Assembly: GCF_020745735.1 (NCBI RefSeq)
Contig: NC_083449.1
Coordinates: forward strand, 13,131,868-13,195,867
Direction: 5' to 3'
Source of the DNA: Hemiscyllium ocellatum
Lineage: Eukaryota
DNA: 64,000 nt
Below, one piece after another: positions 11,410-24,080 of this stretch. Within the stretch, counting starts at the first letter, position 1. Each line of letters begins with the position of its first letter. The translations under genes and the position numbers were made by a program. Below the pieces are notes generated by a model. That model saw only the letters and a program-made list of their open reading frames with translations. It was not told where the DNA came from and made no database searches.

Positions 11410-13110
11410 TGAGTTTGAGTCTCAGAACATCATACAACAGGAACAAGAGACAGTCAATCAGCCCAATGAATCATTGTGTACAATCATGGCTGATCAGGAA
11501 GTTCCAAATCTCTTACCCATAATATCCTATAACTTCTCACATCATTGACAATCAAAAGTTAATTGATCTATACTTTAGCATACTCAAAGACTGGCCTTCT
11601 ACAACCTCCAGGAAACAGATTTCCAAATATTCACCATTTCCTGTTTAAAGAAAACTGCGGTTTCATTCCTGAACTGACTCTCTGTTTCTTTTCAATTCCA
11701 GCCTCCAGGTTCTAGACACCCACTGCAGACATCTTGCAGGGCAGACCTCTAGCCTGGGCTGAATACATAATATGTACATTAATGATTTGGAGGAAGGAAT
11801 AGGTGGTTTGATTAGCAAGTTTGCAAATGACACTAAATAGCAGAAGGGGACTGTCAGAGAATACAGCAGGATATGGATAGATTGGAGAGGAAATGGCAAA
11901 TGGAGTTCAATCCAGTCAAATGTGAGGTGATGCATTGTGTAAGATCCAATTCAAAAGTGAACTACATGGTAAATGGAAAAGCACTGGGGAAAATTGATGT
12001 GCAGAGACCTGGGTGTTCAGTCCCTTGAATCCTGAAGGTGGAAACACAAGTTTACAAAGTGGTCAAGAAGGCATACAGCATGCTTTCCTTCATCAGATGG
12101 GGTATTGAGTACAAGAGTTGGGAGGTCATGGTACAGAGATATAAGATTTTGCTTTGGTCACATTTGGAATACTGTGTACAGTTCTGGTTATCATATTCCC
12201 AAAGGGATGTGGATGCTTTGGAGATAGTACACAGGAGGTTCACCAGGATGTTGCCTGGTATGGAGGCATGAGCAATGAGGAGAGTTTGAGGAGATTAGGA
12301 TTATTTTCATTAGAAAGACAAAGGTTGAGCGGGGACCTGTTGAGAGCTACAAAATCATGAGAGGGTGGATAGCAAGTAGCTTCTTCCCCAGAGTGGGGGA
12401 GTCAATTACTAGGAGTCATGATCTCAAGGTGAGAGGGGAAAAGTTTAAGCGAGATATGCATGGAAACTTCTTTATGAAGAGTGGTGGGTGCTTGGAATGT
12501 GTTGCCAGCGGAGGTGGTAGAGGCTGGCATGACACTGTCATTTAACATGTATCTAGACTGACACATTAATGAGCAGGGAGCAGAGAGATACAGATCCTTA
12601 GAAAATAGGCGACATGTTTGGATATAGAGGATCTGGAACAGCACAGGCTCGGAGGGCTGAAGGGCCTCTTCCAGTGCTGTAATTTTCTTTGTTCTCTTTA
12701 TTCTGGTTTAAAGCTGTGTATGACCTTGGGTACTTTGTGGATTTCAGTGTGATAGTTTCTCATTCATCAAAACTAGAAAATACTGGTCCAATTTCTCAAA
12801 CTCTCTCCCAATCCTGTGATCCTGGGAACAAGGTGGGTAAACTGCCATTGCACTCTCAATATGGCAATTCTATCTTTTCTTGTGAATACACAAACCAAAA
12901 ATGGACCATGATTTCAGGTGCAGTCTAACCAATTTCTTGCACAATTGAAGCAAGACTTTCCTACTCCTCAACTTCCCTAATCCATTCTTTTAAGAATGGA
13001 TTCCATTCCATGAGCTTTCCTAACAACATACACACCTGCATGTTTGCCTTCAGTGACTTACTGACAAGGACACCCAAGGCAATTTGTAAATCTGCATTTT
13101 CCAGCCTCTC
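11410..13110. mobile_element. Nested CR1 LINE 3' fragments (minus ~11410-11740, plus ~11740-12700, minus ~12720-13110)
   Basis: RT C-terminal peptides such as VKKAYSMLSFIRWGIEYKSWEVMVQRYKILLWSHLEYCVQFW. Confidence 0.85.
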
Positions 13111-13789
13111 ATGATTTTGACATCTGTTTCTCCAACAAAAGTGCATGACAAATTGTTGGAGGGAATCCTGAGGGACAGAATTTACATATATTTGGAAAGG
13201 CAAGGACTGATTAGGGATCGTCAAAATGTTGTTGTGCATAGAAAATTGTGTCTTACTAACTTGACTGAGTTTTCTGAAGTAACAAAAAGAGGATTGATGA
13301 TGGCAGGGGAGTGGATGTGATCTGTATGGTCTTCAGAAAGGCATTTGACAAGGTTCCTCGTGGTAGGCTGGTGAGCAAGGTTAGACCACGTGGAATACAG
13401 GGAGAACTAGCCATTTGGATACAGAACTAACTCAAAGGTAGGAGACAGAGGGTGCCGATGGAGGGTTGCTTTTCAGCCTGGACGCCTGTGATCACCAGAG
13501 AACCACAAGCATTGGTGCTGGGTCCACTGCTATTTGTCATTTATATAAATGATTTGGATGTAAACATTGGGGTATAGTTAGTAAGTTTGCAGATGACACC
13601 AAGATTAGAGGAACAGTGTAAAGCAAAGTGAGTTACCTCAGAGTACAGTGAGACCTTGATCAGATTGGCCAATGGTTCAAGGAGTGGCAGGTGGAATTTA
13701 ATTTTGATAAATGTGTTGTGTTGCATGTTGCAAAGGCAAATCAGGGCCAGAATCATTAAGTTCTTTTACTCTTGACATTCCTACACACT

Positions 13790-14320
13790 TGATGGAACTG
13801 CAACACACCTGACTTCTGTGAACAAGCAACAACATTTATTAAGTACAGGACAGTACAAGCTTTCTGGAGAAACCTTTAACACACACCTCGCAGAGCTTAT
13901 GGGGTCGTGGCAAAAGCTCTATCTGAGCAAAGGGAACAGTCTTTCCTTTATACAAAAGTCTTTACGTCACAGTTAGTAATGCCCACAAGACAACCTCCAG
14001 CCATCCCCTCATAGTCACATGCCACACAAGATACAAAGCAGTGACCCCCCCAGCTCCAGAAACAATGTAATACAAATCATCCCTTCATGGTCACATCTGT
14101 TGCAAACCATTGTTTTGTAACTATAGGGGAGGAGTGACATGCCAACTGTAATGTTCTAATTGATTTCTGGATGAAAATGTAAGTCATCCCTGAATGGCAA
14201 GGAAATGGCCACGTAAACCTCCCACATTCCACCGATAAGACAAAGACACACCACCCTCCCCTAGGGGGCATTCAATATCTTGCAGGTCAGCAGAGCAAGT
14301 TCACTCTCTAATGTCTCAGA
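13790..14320 (-). mobile_element. Solo-LTR-like insertion (tentative)
   Basis: ~530-bp non-LINE insert; the minus strand has TATAAAG (~13946-13952) upstream of AATAAA (13835-13840). Termini and TSD are ambiguous. Confidence 0.45.
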
Positions 14321-14559
14321 GTTATGGTAATATCTTGGGGTGTGTTGCTGACCAAAGCGACCTTGGAGTGTAGTTTCATAGTTCCTTGAAAGTGGGGTCC
14401 CAGGGAGACAGAATAGTGAATAAGACATTTGATATGCTTGCCTTTCTTGGTCAGTGCATCGAGTATAGGAGCTGGGAGGTCATGTTGCAGATGTACAGGA
14501 CATTGGTTATGTCACTTTTGGAACATTGTGTGCAATTCTGGCCTTCCTCCTATTCAAAT

Positions 14560-14892
14560 AATCATAGAATCCCTACAGTGTACAAACAGGCCATTTGACC
14601 CAACAAATCCACACTGACCCTCTGAAGAGTATCCTCACCAGACCTATTCCCTGAGGAATGACTCCACATTTCCCCTGACTAATGCAACAAACCTACACAT
14701 CCTTGAACACTAGGGGCAATTGAGCTTGGCCAATTCACCGAACCTGCATATCTGGAGCACCTGGAGGAAACCCACGCACACACGGGGAGCATGTGCAAGC
14801 TCCACACAGACTGTCGCCCGAGGCTGCTCTCAAACCAGGGTCACTGGCGCTGTGAGGCAACAGTGCAACCCAAAGAGCCACCATGCCACTGA
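14560..14892 (-). mobile_element. tRNA-derived V-SINE (shark HE1-like)
   Basis: Minus strand head GGCATGGTGGCTC...CACTGTTGCCTCACAGCGCCAG, V-domain GTGTGGAGCTTGCACATGCTCCCCGTGTGTGCGTGGGTTTCCTCC, and a LINE-like tail. Confidence 0.88.
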
Positions 14893-15134
14893 CTGGAAGA
14901 ATGGTGTGAAACATGAGAGGGTTCATAAAAGATGAACAAGGATGTTGTCAAGATGGGAGGATTGGAGGTAGAGGGAGAGTCTGAATAGGCAGGGGTTATA
15001 TTCCCTAGAAATTTGGAGACTGAGGGGTGACCCTTTAGAGGTTTATAAAACAATGAAGGGTACTGATGGGGTAAATAGTAGGTGTCATTTTGCTAGGATG
15101 GGGCAGTTTCAAGACTATGGAGCATATTGTAAGG

Positions 15135-15350
15135 GACAGTCAAGAATCTGGTGCTGGAAAAGCACAGCAGGTCAGGCAGTATCTGAGGAGCAGGAAAAGC
15201 GACATTTCGGGCAAAAGCCCTTCATTAGGAATTCGGGCTTTTGTCCAAAATGTCGAGTTTCCTGCTCCTTGGATGCTGCCTGACCTGCTGTGCTTTTCCA
15301 GCACCACACTCTTGACTCTAAACTCCAACATCTGCAGTCCTCACTTTCAC
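15135..15350. mobile_element. Short foldback Penelope-derived element with degenerate hammerheads
   Basis: Inverted arms GCTGGAAAAGCACAGCAGGTCAGGCAG / CTGCCTGACCTGCTGTGCTTTTCCAGC; TSD-like CATATT(G/T)TAAGG at 15123 and 15351. Confidence 0.85.
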
Positions 15351-16289
15351 CATATTTTAAGGTGAGGAGAGAGATTTATAAAAAGACATGAGGCGCAATT
15401 TTCTTTACACAGATGGTGGTTCGCATGTGCAATTAACCTCCTGTGGTAGTGGTGGATGCAGACACAGTTACAACATTTATAAGACAGTCAGATAAGTACA
15501 TGAATAGTAAAGGTTTGGAGGGATATGCACCAGCAGGAGGCAGGTGGGACTAGTTTAGTTTGTGATTCTGGTCAGCATGGACTGGTGGACTGAAGGGTCT
15601 ATTCCTGTGCTCTGTCTCTCTGGCTCCATTATGAATTGAAGTCATTTTGAACGTATCATTTTTCACTACCTGCCATGTCATTCCATGGCTGTTCCCAATG
15701 TAACAGATGTCTCAGTACAGTGTGTGTATTTGGGACCCGTTTTACACCAGCCAGTTTGTGTGCACACCGTCACCATGCTTGTTTTGTCAGACTTTGGCAC
15801 AGTATGTGTGTTTGGATTTCACATTATTTAATTGTTGTGTCTATGTATTGGACAACTATTCATCAAAGGAGAATAATTCTGTCCCGTTTAGTTATAAGTA
15901 ATATTAATGTGTTTCATCCTCTACTTTGGCAACTTGTCCTGCCTGTGAACGCAGTTTCCTTCTATCTCTGTATTTTTAACACTGACCTTATGTATGGTTG
16001 TTGAAATGATGTAAAAGTGAAATCTATTTGTCTTCCTTGATTAGAACTACAAAAATGCCCTTCTCAAATGCAGATTTAATGGTGTCCACGCGTGTCTATT
16101 TCCAATCAGGTTCAGTCTCTCCCTCGTCAAAAAATGGTGTAATTGTCAATAGGCTGTGAATGATAAAACTTATTGGAACTGGGCTGGTGTGATTGAGAAC
16201 GGAGAGAGAAAAATGTAATTCCTTGGTGGCATTTGACTCTTGATTTGAACATCTCTCTGGGAATTGACTCCAATGTAGGTCTAAATCTG

Positions 16290-16508
16290 AGAGAACTGCA
16301 GATGCTGTAAATCAGAAACAAAACCAGAAATTGCTGGAAAAGCTCAGCAGGTCTGCCAGTATCTGCGGAGAGAAATCAGAGTTAACATTTCGGGCTGAGT
16401 TCTCAGAACCAGTTCTGAGGAAGGGTCACACGTCCCAAAACATTAACTCTGATTTCTTTCCACAGATGCTTCCAGACCTGCTGAACTTTCCCAACAATTT
16501 CTGTTTGT
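16290..16508. mobile_element. Foldback Penelope-derived element of a related subfamily
   Basis: Arms CAGAAATTGCTGGAAAAGCTCAGCAGGTCTG / CAGACCTGCTGAACTTTCCCAACAATTTCTG; central CTGAGGAAGGG...CCCAAAACATTA. Confidence 0.75.
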
Positions 16509-16517
16509 GTAACATTC

Positions 16518-16599
16518 CTGCTGTTTGGCAGAAGCAGCTGGTCACACTTGGTTTAGTACTGAGGAAATATTACATTGTCTTGATCCTTTGATTATTTAC
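16518..16599 (-). pseudogene. 82-nt exon paralog, dead copy
   Basis: K*SKDQDNVIFPQY*TKCDQLLLPNS; donor GT mutated to GA. Confidence 0.6.
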
Positions 16600-16859
16600 C
16601 TGTAAGAAGACAGAAGAGATATCTCTTCAGCATTAGGCACGATTGCCAGGATCAAATTGAACTATGTAACATTCAGTTAGTAATCGTTAGGATGTTATTC
16701 TTTAAAACTAATGATTCAAACTGAAACATGTATGTGTTTCCATTCTTGAACTGAGCTGCTATGTTTTAAGGGTTCTATACCAATTCACTGAGATCCAGAG
16801 ACTAACCAATACCTGTACAGCTCCATGAACAGGACCACCTGATGAAACTGTGGGTACGT

Positions 16860-17760
16860 GCATCTAGTTACCCATCTGCTTATGTTAGTTTCTGTTATGA
16901 ATGCTGCATTTGAGAGAAGTTATCAATTTTATCTGTTAGTTTCTGTGAGGAAAGTTAGGGTCTAGCCTATTTCCATGATACACTGTATTTTGAGGGGGCA
17001 TGGTCTGGTGCATAACAGTGAATTTAGTTATTGATCTGTACCTGTCAGATTCTGCTTTTGAATATGAGCGTACTTATGAAACTGTACAGTTTAAACTATC
17101 TGAATATGTGAGTGTAGTTATCAATCTGTCCCTGGAAGTCTTGTAAATATACTTTTATGTGCACAAAGCAGAGTGTGACAGGGACAGAGTAATAACTATA
17201 TTCAAATGTTCACATCACATAAACTGACAGGGACAGATTGATAAATAACATCACATATCCACATAATAGAAAGTGACAGAGACTGGCTGATAAATACATT
17301 GACATATTGAGACAGCAATCAGGCTCTGATTGTTTCATTGATGTGAATATGTGAATTTAGTTACACAATCTGTATCTGTCCCTTTCTGACATGGGAATGT
17401 GTGAGTACAGTTATCATTCGCTCCCTGTCTGTTTCGGTTCTGTTGTCTATGTCAATGTGAGTGTAGTTATCAATCTGTACCTGGCAGACCCCGCTGTGTG
17501 AATATGTAAATATAGTTATCAAGCTGTACCTGTCAGTTTCTGCTGGCAAAATGTGTGAATGTGATTATCAATCTTTCCCTGTCAGGCTCTCTAATGGAAA
17601 TATGAGTGTATTTAACAACCTTTTCCTGTTAATTTCTGTGTTGCGAATATGTGAATGTCGTTATCAATTGTAGCTGTCAGTTTCTGCTCTGTGAAGATGC
17701 AAATGTAGTTGTCAATCTCAAACTGTCACTTTGTGCTTTGTTAATATGAGAGTCTCATTC
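16860..17760 (-). repeat. Degenerate 49-bp tandem array (resumes at ~18690-18850 beyond a LINE insert)
   Basis: Repeated GTTATCAATCTGTACCTGTCAGTTTCTGC-like units; a few units at ~17160-17320 are locally inverted. Confidence 0.85.
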
Positions 17761-17809
17761 TTCATCTTCCTCTGAAATATTACTTCTTTGTCTGCATGTG
17801 GGAGTGTAT

Positions 17810-18655
17810 TTACCAATCGGTCAAACTCCAACATAAGAGACCGATTGAGAAAGTTAAATCACATGGAATTCAGGGAATCTGGAATGCACTGCCTGGGAAG
17901 GTTGTGGAAGCCACAAACCTTAGAACCTTAAAAAGATACTTGGATGAGTACATCAAGGATATGGGACACGTGCAGCAAATTGGGATTAGTGTGCCCTCAA
18001 TGGGAGTTATCATCAATGCAGACTGATATGCCGAATGGCCTTTCCTGTACTCCCTCCCTTTTCATGACCTCTCCATTTCCATCTCCAGATGGACATTTAT
18101 TATAAACCCACAGACTCTCACAACGACCTGGCTGACACGCCCTCCCACTCAGTATTCTGCAAAAACCCCATCGCATTCTCTCAATTCTCCACCTCCACCA
18201 CATCTGCTCAGAGAAGGAGTCATTCCATTCCGAAGCACCCAAAATGTCAACCTATTTAAAATCACCCCTCAGCCTCTAATGCTAAAGGGAAAAAGCCCCA
18301 GAGTATTCACAATCTCCTTAAATTTCAAACCCTCTAGTGCTGGCAACAATTATGTCAATCATTTTTGCACCCTCTCAAGATTAACACCATCCTTCTGAAA
18401 GCAGGGTGACCAGAATGTGACACAGTATTCTACAAGTGCCCTACCTTATGTCCTGTGCAGCCCTAACATGATGTCCCAACTCCTATACTCAATGTTCAGA
18501 CCAAAGAAGGGAAACATGGCAAGCCCCTTTTTCACATACTTGTTCACCTGGGACTCCACTTCCAAAGAACAACACACATGCAATCCTAGGTCTCTGTGTT
18601 TGGCAACTCCCCTCAGGACCCTACCATTGTCTGTACAAGTCCTGCACTGTTTTGC
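17810..18655. mobile_element. CR1 and Penelope-like fragments (mirror copy at ~63015-63860)
   Basis: VKSHGIQGIWNALPGKVVEA and RDLGLHVCCSLEVESQV peptides. Confidence 0.8.
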
Positions 18656-19854
18656 GTAATAAGAATATTTGTGTAAGTATTGTTTTCTCTTTGTCAGTGT
18701 CTGCAATGTTAATATGTAAGAGCAACTATCAATCTACATCTGACAGTTGCTGTCATGATGACATGGGAGTTCAGTAATTGATGTATAAAACATCAGCTTC
18801 TGATGTGTGACTATGACAGTGACATTCTCCATCTGTACTAATCACTTTCTACTTTTGGGTATCAAAGTGGTTTAATTCTCTGGCAGCCAGGAATATTCCC
18901 TGTGATTCTGTATCATTCTGTGATAGCTGTTGTCAGTGTATTGAGAGTGGGGTCTTAATCTCTGCTGCATTTTGTGATGTATGAGTTTTCTCTCAATCTT
19001 TGGGGAAGGGGTCAGCAGATGGTATCTAGTTCACAATCCCAACCATTACTGGAAACTGTTTTGCAGAACAATTAAAGAATAGAATGTACGAGCACAGATT
19101 GAATGGGAGGAATGGCCTACATCTGTGTTGTCCCAATTCTGAGATTCTGATTCTGGTGTGAAAAGGAAAACACATCCCGCTGTATGAAATATTGGTACAA
19201 AGCTACCATGTAGAAATGGACAGACCGGCTAATTAAAATACCAGCTCTTGTTGCTCAGTGTGGGATGTTTCCCTTTTCAGGGGTTCAGTACTATCACTGA
19301 GACACATCGTTTCATTTTGTAATCAGGCATTGATAGTGTTTTTTTGGTGTGAGAGTTTTATTCTGCATCTGCCTGTCCATGCTACATGATAGATTTTTTT
19401 ATTGTTGAACATGATTGAGTGGTTGTGTCTTTGAATGGGACTACAATTTCTCAAAGATTATTTTTATCCTGCTCAGTTACTGTTAATATCAAAAGTTTCC
19501 TTTTGGATCTGTACTCAGTAACTACTGCATATATGGTTACTCCAGCTATGTAACAGCATGATCTATTTGTTCATCTTGATTGTAACTTTGAAAATTCTCT
19601 AACTGTGGATTTCATGCAGTTCCTGACTGTCTGTTTCCAGTGATGATTCAGTGTAGCCCTTTTCAAATCTGAATGAAAATGAGCTTTGAATGATGACATT
19701 TATTGCATCTGCGCTGGTCCACAGTGAGAATTGGCTGTGTTTTACTCATGGATTGAATGTATATCTCTGGAAAGTGAGCTTTTAGTGAGTCTGACTCAAT
19801 CCGTTCTGTAATTGTGGAAAGGACCATCCCCCAGCTCAGACAGTGGTAACATAC

Positions 19855-19936
19855 CTGCTGTTTGGGAGGAGCAGCTGCTCACACTTGGCTTTATATCGAG
19901 GTCATATTACATTGTCTTGGGCCATTGAATATTTGC
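19855..19936 (-). pseudogene. 82-nt exon paralog with an in-frame stop (mirror at 61739-61820 plus)
   Basis: KYSMAQDNVI*PRYKAKCEQLLLPNS; splice sites intact. Confidence 0.6.
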
Positions 19937-22009
19937 CTGGAGGAAGACAGAAGATTTATCTCCTTTAAATCAACATTAGCTAAGTTTGGTAATATCAAAC
20001 TGAGCAATGACATTTTGAGCTAATAGTTATGATGATCTTTATAAAGCCAGCAACTGGAACAGAGCAGGCTTTGGTTCCACTTTTGCCCTCAGCTGTTCCT
20101 GCTCTCTTTTTGTGATATTATAGAGCAATTTATTAAGATACAAAAATTAACCAAGACCTCTACAGCTCCATGATTGGGATGCTTACACAGTTCAAAACCA
20201 AGATCCCAACACACGAACTATTGAAGAACAACACACACTATTTCAAATACTATATTTGAGACTTTTCATCCAATGACTGTCATATTTATTCTTTACTGAA
20301 TTGTGACATTCATATATGTTATCTTTATTTCCACAGTTGAAAGTTCATTGCCAACAAACAATGTGAAACAGAAACCAAACAATTTATTCCAACCAGTATT
20401 CAGAGGATTGCAAACTACAACAATGATATATAGTTCACAGTCCCAACAATTAGTGGAAACTAGTAATAGAAGGGATAAAGAATAGCATGTCCAACTGTAG
20501 ACACAATGAGCTGATTGGACTACTTCTGTGCTCTACAAAATCTGTGATTCTGATTCTAATGATAAAGGAAATTACATCCAGTTGTATGGACTATCCATAT
20601 AAAAATATCATGGAGAAATGGACAGACCAACTTATTTACAAGGCTGGTCCGGTACATAGTGTGGCATAGTTCCCTTCCTAATGTTCTACATTATCACTGA
20701 GACATTTACTTTCATTTTGGACTTGGATATTGTTGTTTTGTTTTGCATTAGTCATTCTCTCAATCAGGATGTGTGTATGGATAAAATCAGCTTTTGTCAG
20801 CTAACATTGAACATGGGATTCATTCAGTCTCTCATTATGAGTTATCAATGTGCTTCTTATTCATGGTTATTGTATTTTATATTCATGCATGTCATTTCAA
20901 AGTGGAATTGTCATCTTTCAGAACTGCAGGAGCTCTTTATTGTTCAAACCTTTGCTATTCAGAATGTATCAGAGATTATCCAATGTCATTTGTGTCAGCT
21001 CCTGTCAGTGAAAGTGGATGTGTTTATGTCACTGTTAATCTCTGGCACTGTACGTCTCAGTTGAATAACTTCCACAACATTGGAATCTATGGGACAATGT
21101 AGTTTACGATTGTAAGTTTATTTTGGGAATGCTGATCTCTAGACTGAACGTATGTTTTAAATTTATTATTCCTATGTTAGTCCCAGAGAAACTATATGAG
21201 AGTCCTCACACTGTATTCAAAAGTCTCTCATTATCTGTCTGAATATGGGATACTTTGTGTCCTTTCAAGTCAATATTTGATTTCCTTTTGGTCAGTTTCA
21301 CATCAAATTTTATATTCTGTAGTTTTGTATGAGATGTGCACTGCTTTTCAGTTTGGGGTTCCATACAAAAATATATATTTTAAAATACAATTTGGGCTGA
21401 AGTGTAATTCCCCCAATCTGTAAAATGGAATTGATGCATGAGTTACATCTCCATATCTAAGACAGGATGAGATATTTGGAGGGGTAATTATACATAGCTC
21501 AAGTTACTTCTTGGGCAATTGTCACTGGAATTTACTGCATATCATGTGATAGGTTCAGTATTTTCTAATACAGCACACAATTGGGTTAAATTTTATGGCC
21601 AAACTGATACACTCCCTTTATGATTTAAATAGAGTGTATGTTGATGCTGAGATTGAAGCTGTTACCCTGTTCTGCTTAAGCCTTTTAATGAAAGGCTCAC
21701 TCTCACAACCATCGGATCATTGGGGATCTTGGTGTTTCTTTTATTCATGCCTGTGAACCTATTAATCTGGCAGTAACTCAGGACTTTGAGAGGTATTCTG
21801 TACCCATTGTGTATTGGCACCATCTCACAGCTCTCTTCCAAATGTTGACAAATGTTGCTATGTTCTGTGACTGTTTGAACTTTAATGTGAATGCAGAATT
21901 AAGTTTGCTTCTTTCTGTTCTTTGTACTGGTTGTATACATGGAAGTTAATTCTCTAACTGTTACCTTCAATGGAACCACGTGATTCCTTCTAATGCCTTT
22001 CAAATCTCA

Positions 22010-24080
22010 TAGACAGACATTTCTGCAGCCAGCAGAGAAAATTCAGAATGGTGTGTTGCCTCCCTAGTGCCAGGATCAAGGATGTCTCAGAGAGGGTGCA
22101 GAATGTTCGCAAAGGACAGAGGCACCAACAGGAGGTCATTGTACACATTGGAACCAATGACACAGGAAGTGAAAAGGATGAGATTCTGAAGGGAGAATAT
22201 AGAAAGTTAGGCAGGAATTCAAAAAGCAGGTCCTTGAACGTAGTGATATCTAGATTACTCCCATTGGTATGAGCTAGTGAGGATAGAAATAGAAGGATAG
22301 AGCAGATGAATGTGTAGCTGAGGAGCTGGTGCATGGGAGAAGGGTTCACATTTTTGCATCATTGGAATCTCTTCTGGGGTAAAAGAGATCTGTATAAGAA
22401 GGATGGGTTGCACCAGAATTGGAAGGGAACTAATATACTGGCAGGGAGATTTGCTGGAGCTGCTCTGGAAGATTTACAATAGGAAGGTGGCGGGCTGGGA
22501 CGCAGGGAAATAGTGAGGAAAGAGTTCAATCTGAGACTGGTACAGTTGGGAACAGGAGCAAATCAAACAGTCAGGGCAGGCAGGGACAAAGCAGAGAACA
22601 AGGTAAGACTGATAAATTAAACTGCATTTACTTCAATGTTGAGATATGTGTATCATTGATAGTCACAGGTGAGGTGTCAGAAGACTGGAGGTTGGATAAT
22701 GCGATACCACTGTTTAAGAAATGCAGTAAGGAAAAGCTAGGGAACTGTGAACCAGTAAACCGGACATCGATGGTGGGCAGGTGTTGTGAGGAATCCTGAG
22801 GGCCAGAATTTACATGTATTTGGAAGGGCAACGGCTGATTAGGGATAGTCAGCATGGTATTGTGCACGGGAAATCATGTCTCGCGAACTCAATTGAGTTT
22901 TTTGAAGAAATAACACAGAAGACATGAGGGCAAAAAGGTGGATGTGATCCATGTGTCATTCAACAAGGTTCCCCATGGGAGATTGGTTAGTAAGGTTAGA
23001 GCTCATGGAATATAGGGAGCACTAGCTATTTGGAGACAGAACTGGCTCAAAGGTAGAAGACAGATGGTGGTGGTGGTGGCAGGTTGCTTTTCAGACTGGA
23101 GGCCTCTGATTACTGGGGTGCCACAAGGATCAGTGCTGGGTCCACTACCTTTCATCATGTATATAAATGATTTGGGTGTGAACATAGGAGGTATGGTTAG
23201 TAGGTTTGCAGATGACACCAAAACTGGAGGTGCAGTGGAGAGCGAAGAAGGTTACCACAGGGTACAATGGGATCTTGACCAGATGGGCCAATGGGCCCAG
23301 GGGTGGCAGAGAGCATTTAATTTAGATAAATGTGAAGTGCTGTGTTTTGGAAAAGCAAATCAGAGAGGACTTATACTTGTCGTGGAAAGGTGTTAGGGAG
23401 AGTTCCTGAACAAGGAAACCTTGGAGTGCAGGTTCATAGTTCCTTGAAAGATAGCAGAGTGAAGAAGGCATTTGGTCTGCTTTCATTTATTGGGCAGAGT
23501 ACTGAGTATCGGAGTTGGGAGGTCACGTTGTGGTTGTGCAGGACATTGGTTAGGTCACTTTAGGAATATTGCATGCAATTCTGGTCTCCTTCCTATCAGA
23601 AATGTTGTGAAACTTGAAAGTATCAGAAAAGATTTACAAAGAAGTTGCCAGGGTTGGAGGTTTCGAACAATATGGATATACTGAATAAGGTGGTGTTGTT
23701 TTGCCTGGGGCATCGGAGACTGAGGGTTGACCTTATCGAGGTTTATAACACCATGAGGGACATGGATAAGATAAATGGACAAAATCTTTTCCCTGGGGTG
23801 GGCGAGTCCAGAAGTAGAGGACATAAGTTTCTGGGGAAAGATATTAAAGGAACAACTTTTTCAAGCAGAGCCTGGTGCATATATGGAATGAGCTGTCAGA
23901 GGAAGTGGAGGAGGCTGGTACAATTGCAGTATTTAAAAGGCATCTGGATATGTATATGAACAGGAAGGGTTTTGGAGGGATGTGGGCCAAGTGCTGGGAA
24001 ATGGGACTGGATTAGGTTAGGATATCAGGTCAGCATGGAGGAAAAGGCCTGTTTGCGTGCTGTACATCTCTATGACTCTA
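22010..24080 (+). mobile_element. CR1 LINE with large internal deletion (ORF2 start fused to RT at ~22640)
   Basis: Esterase peptide VCCLPSARIKDV..IVHIGTND, then GVPQGSVLGPLPFIMYINDL..RFADDTK; 3' tail CTCTATGACTCTA. Confidence 0.92.

Larger units (their letters stand above)
13111..15620 (+). mobile_element. CR1 LINE 3' half interrupted by three younger insertions
   Basis: KLLEGILRDRIYIYLERQGLIRD and GQCIEYRSWEVMLQMYRTLV peptides. The LINE resumes after inserts at ~13750-14320, 14560-14892 and 15135-15350. Confidence 0.88.

Noticed and set aside
14800-14892. Possible tRNA gene
   Set aside because: It is the decayed tRNA-derived head of a V-SINE; no complete cloverleaf.
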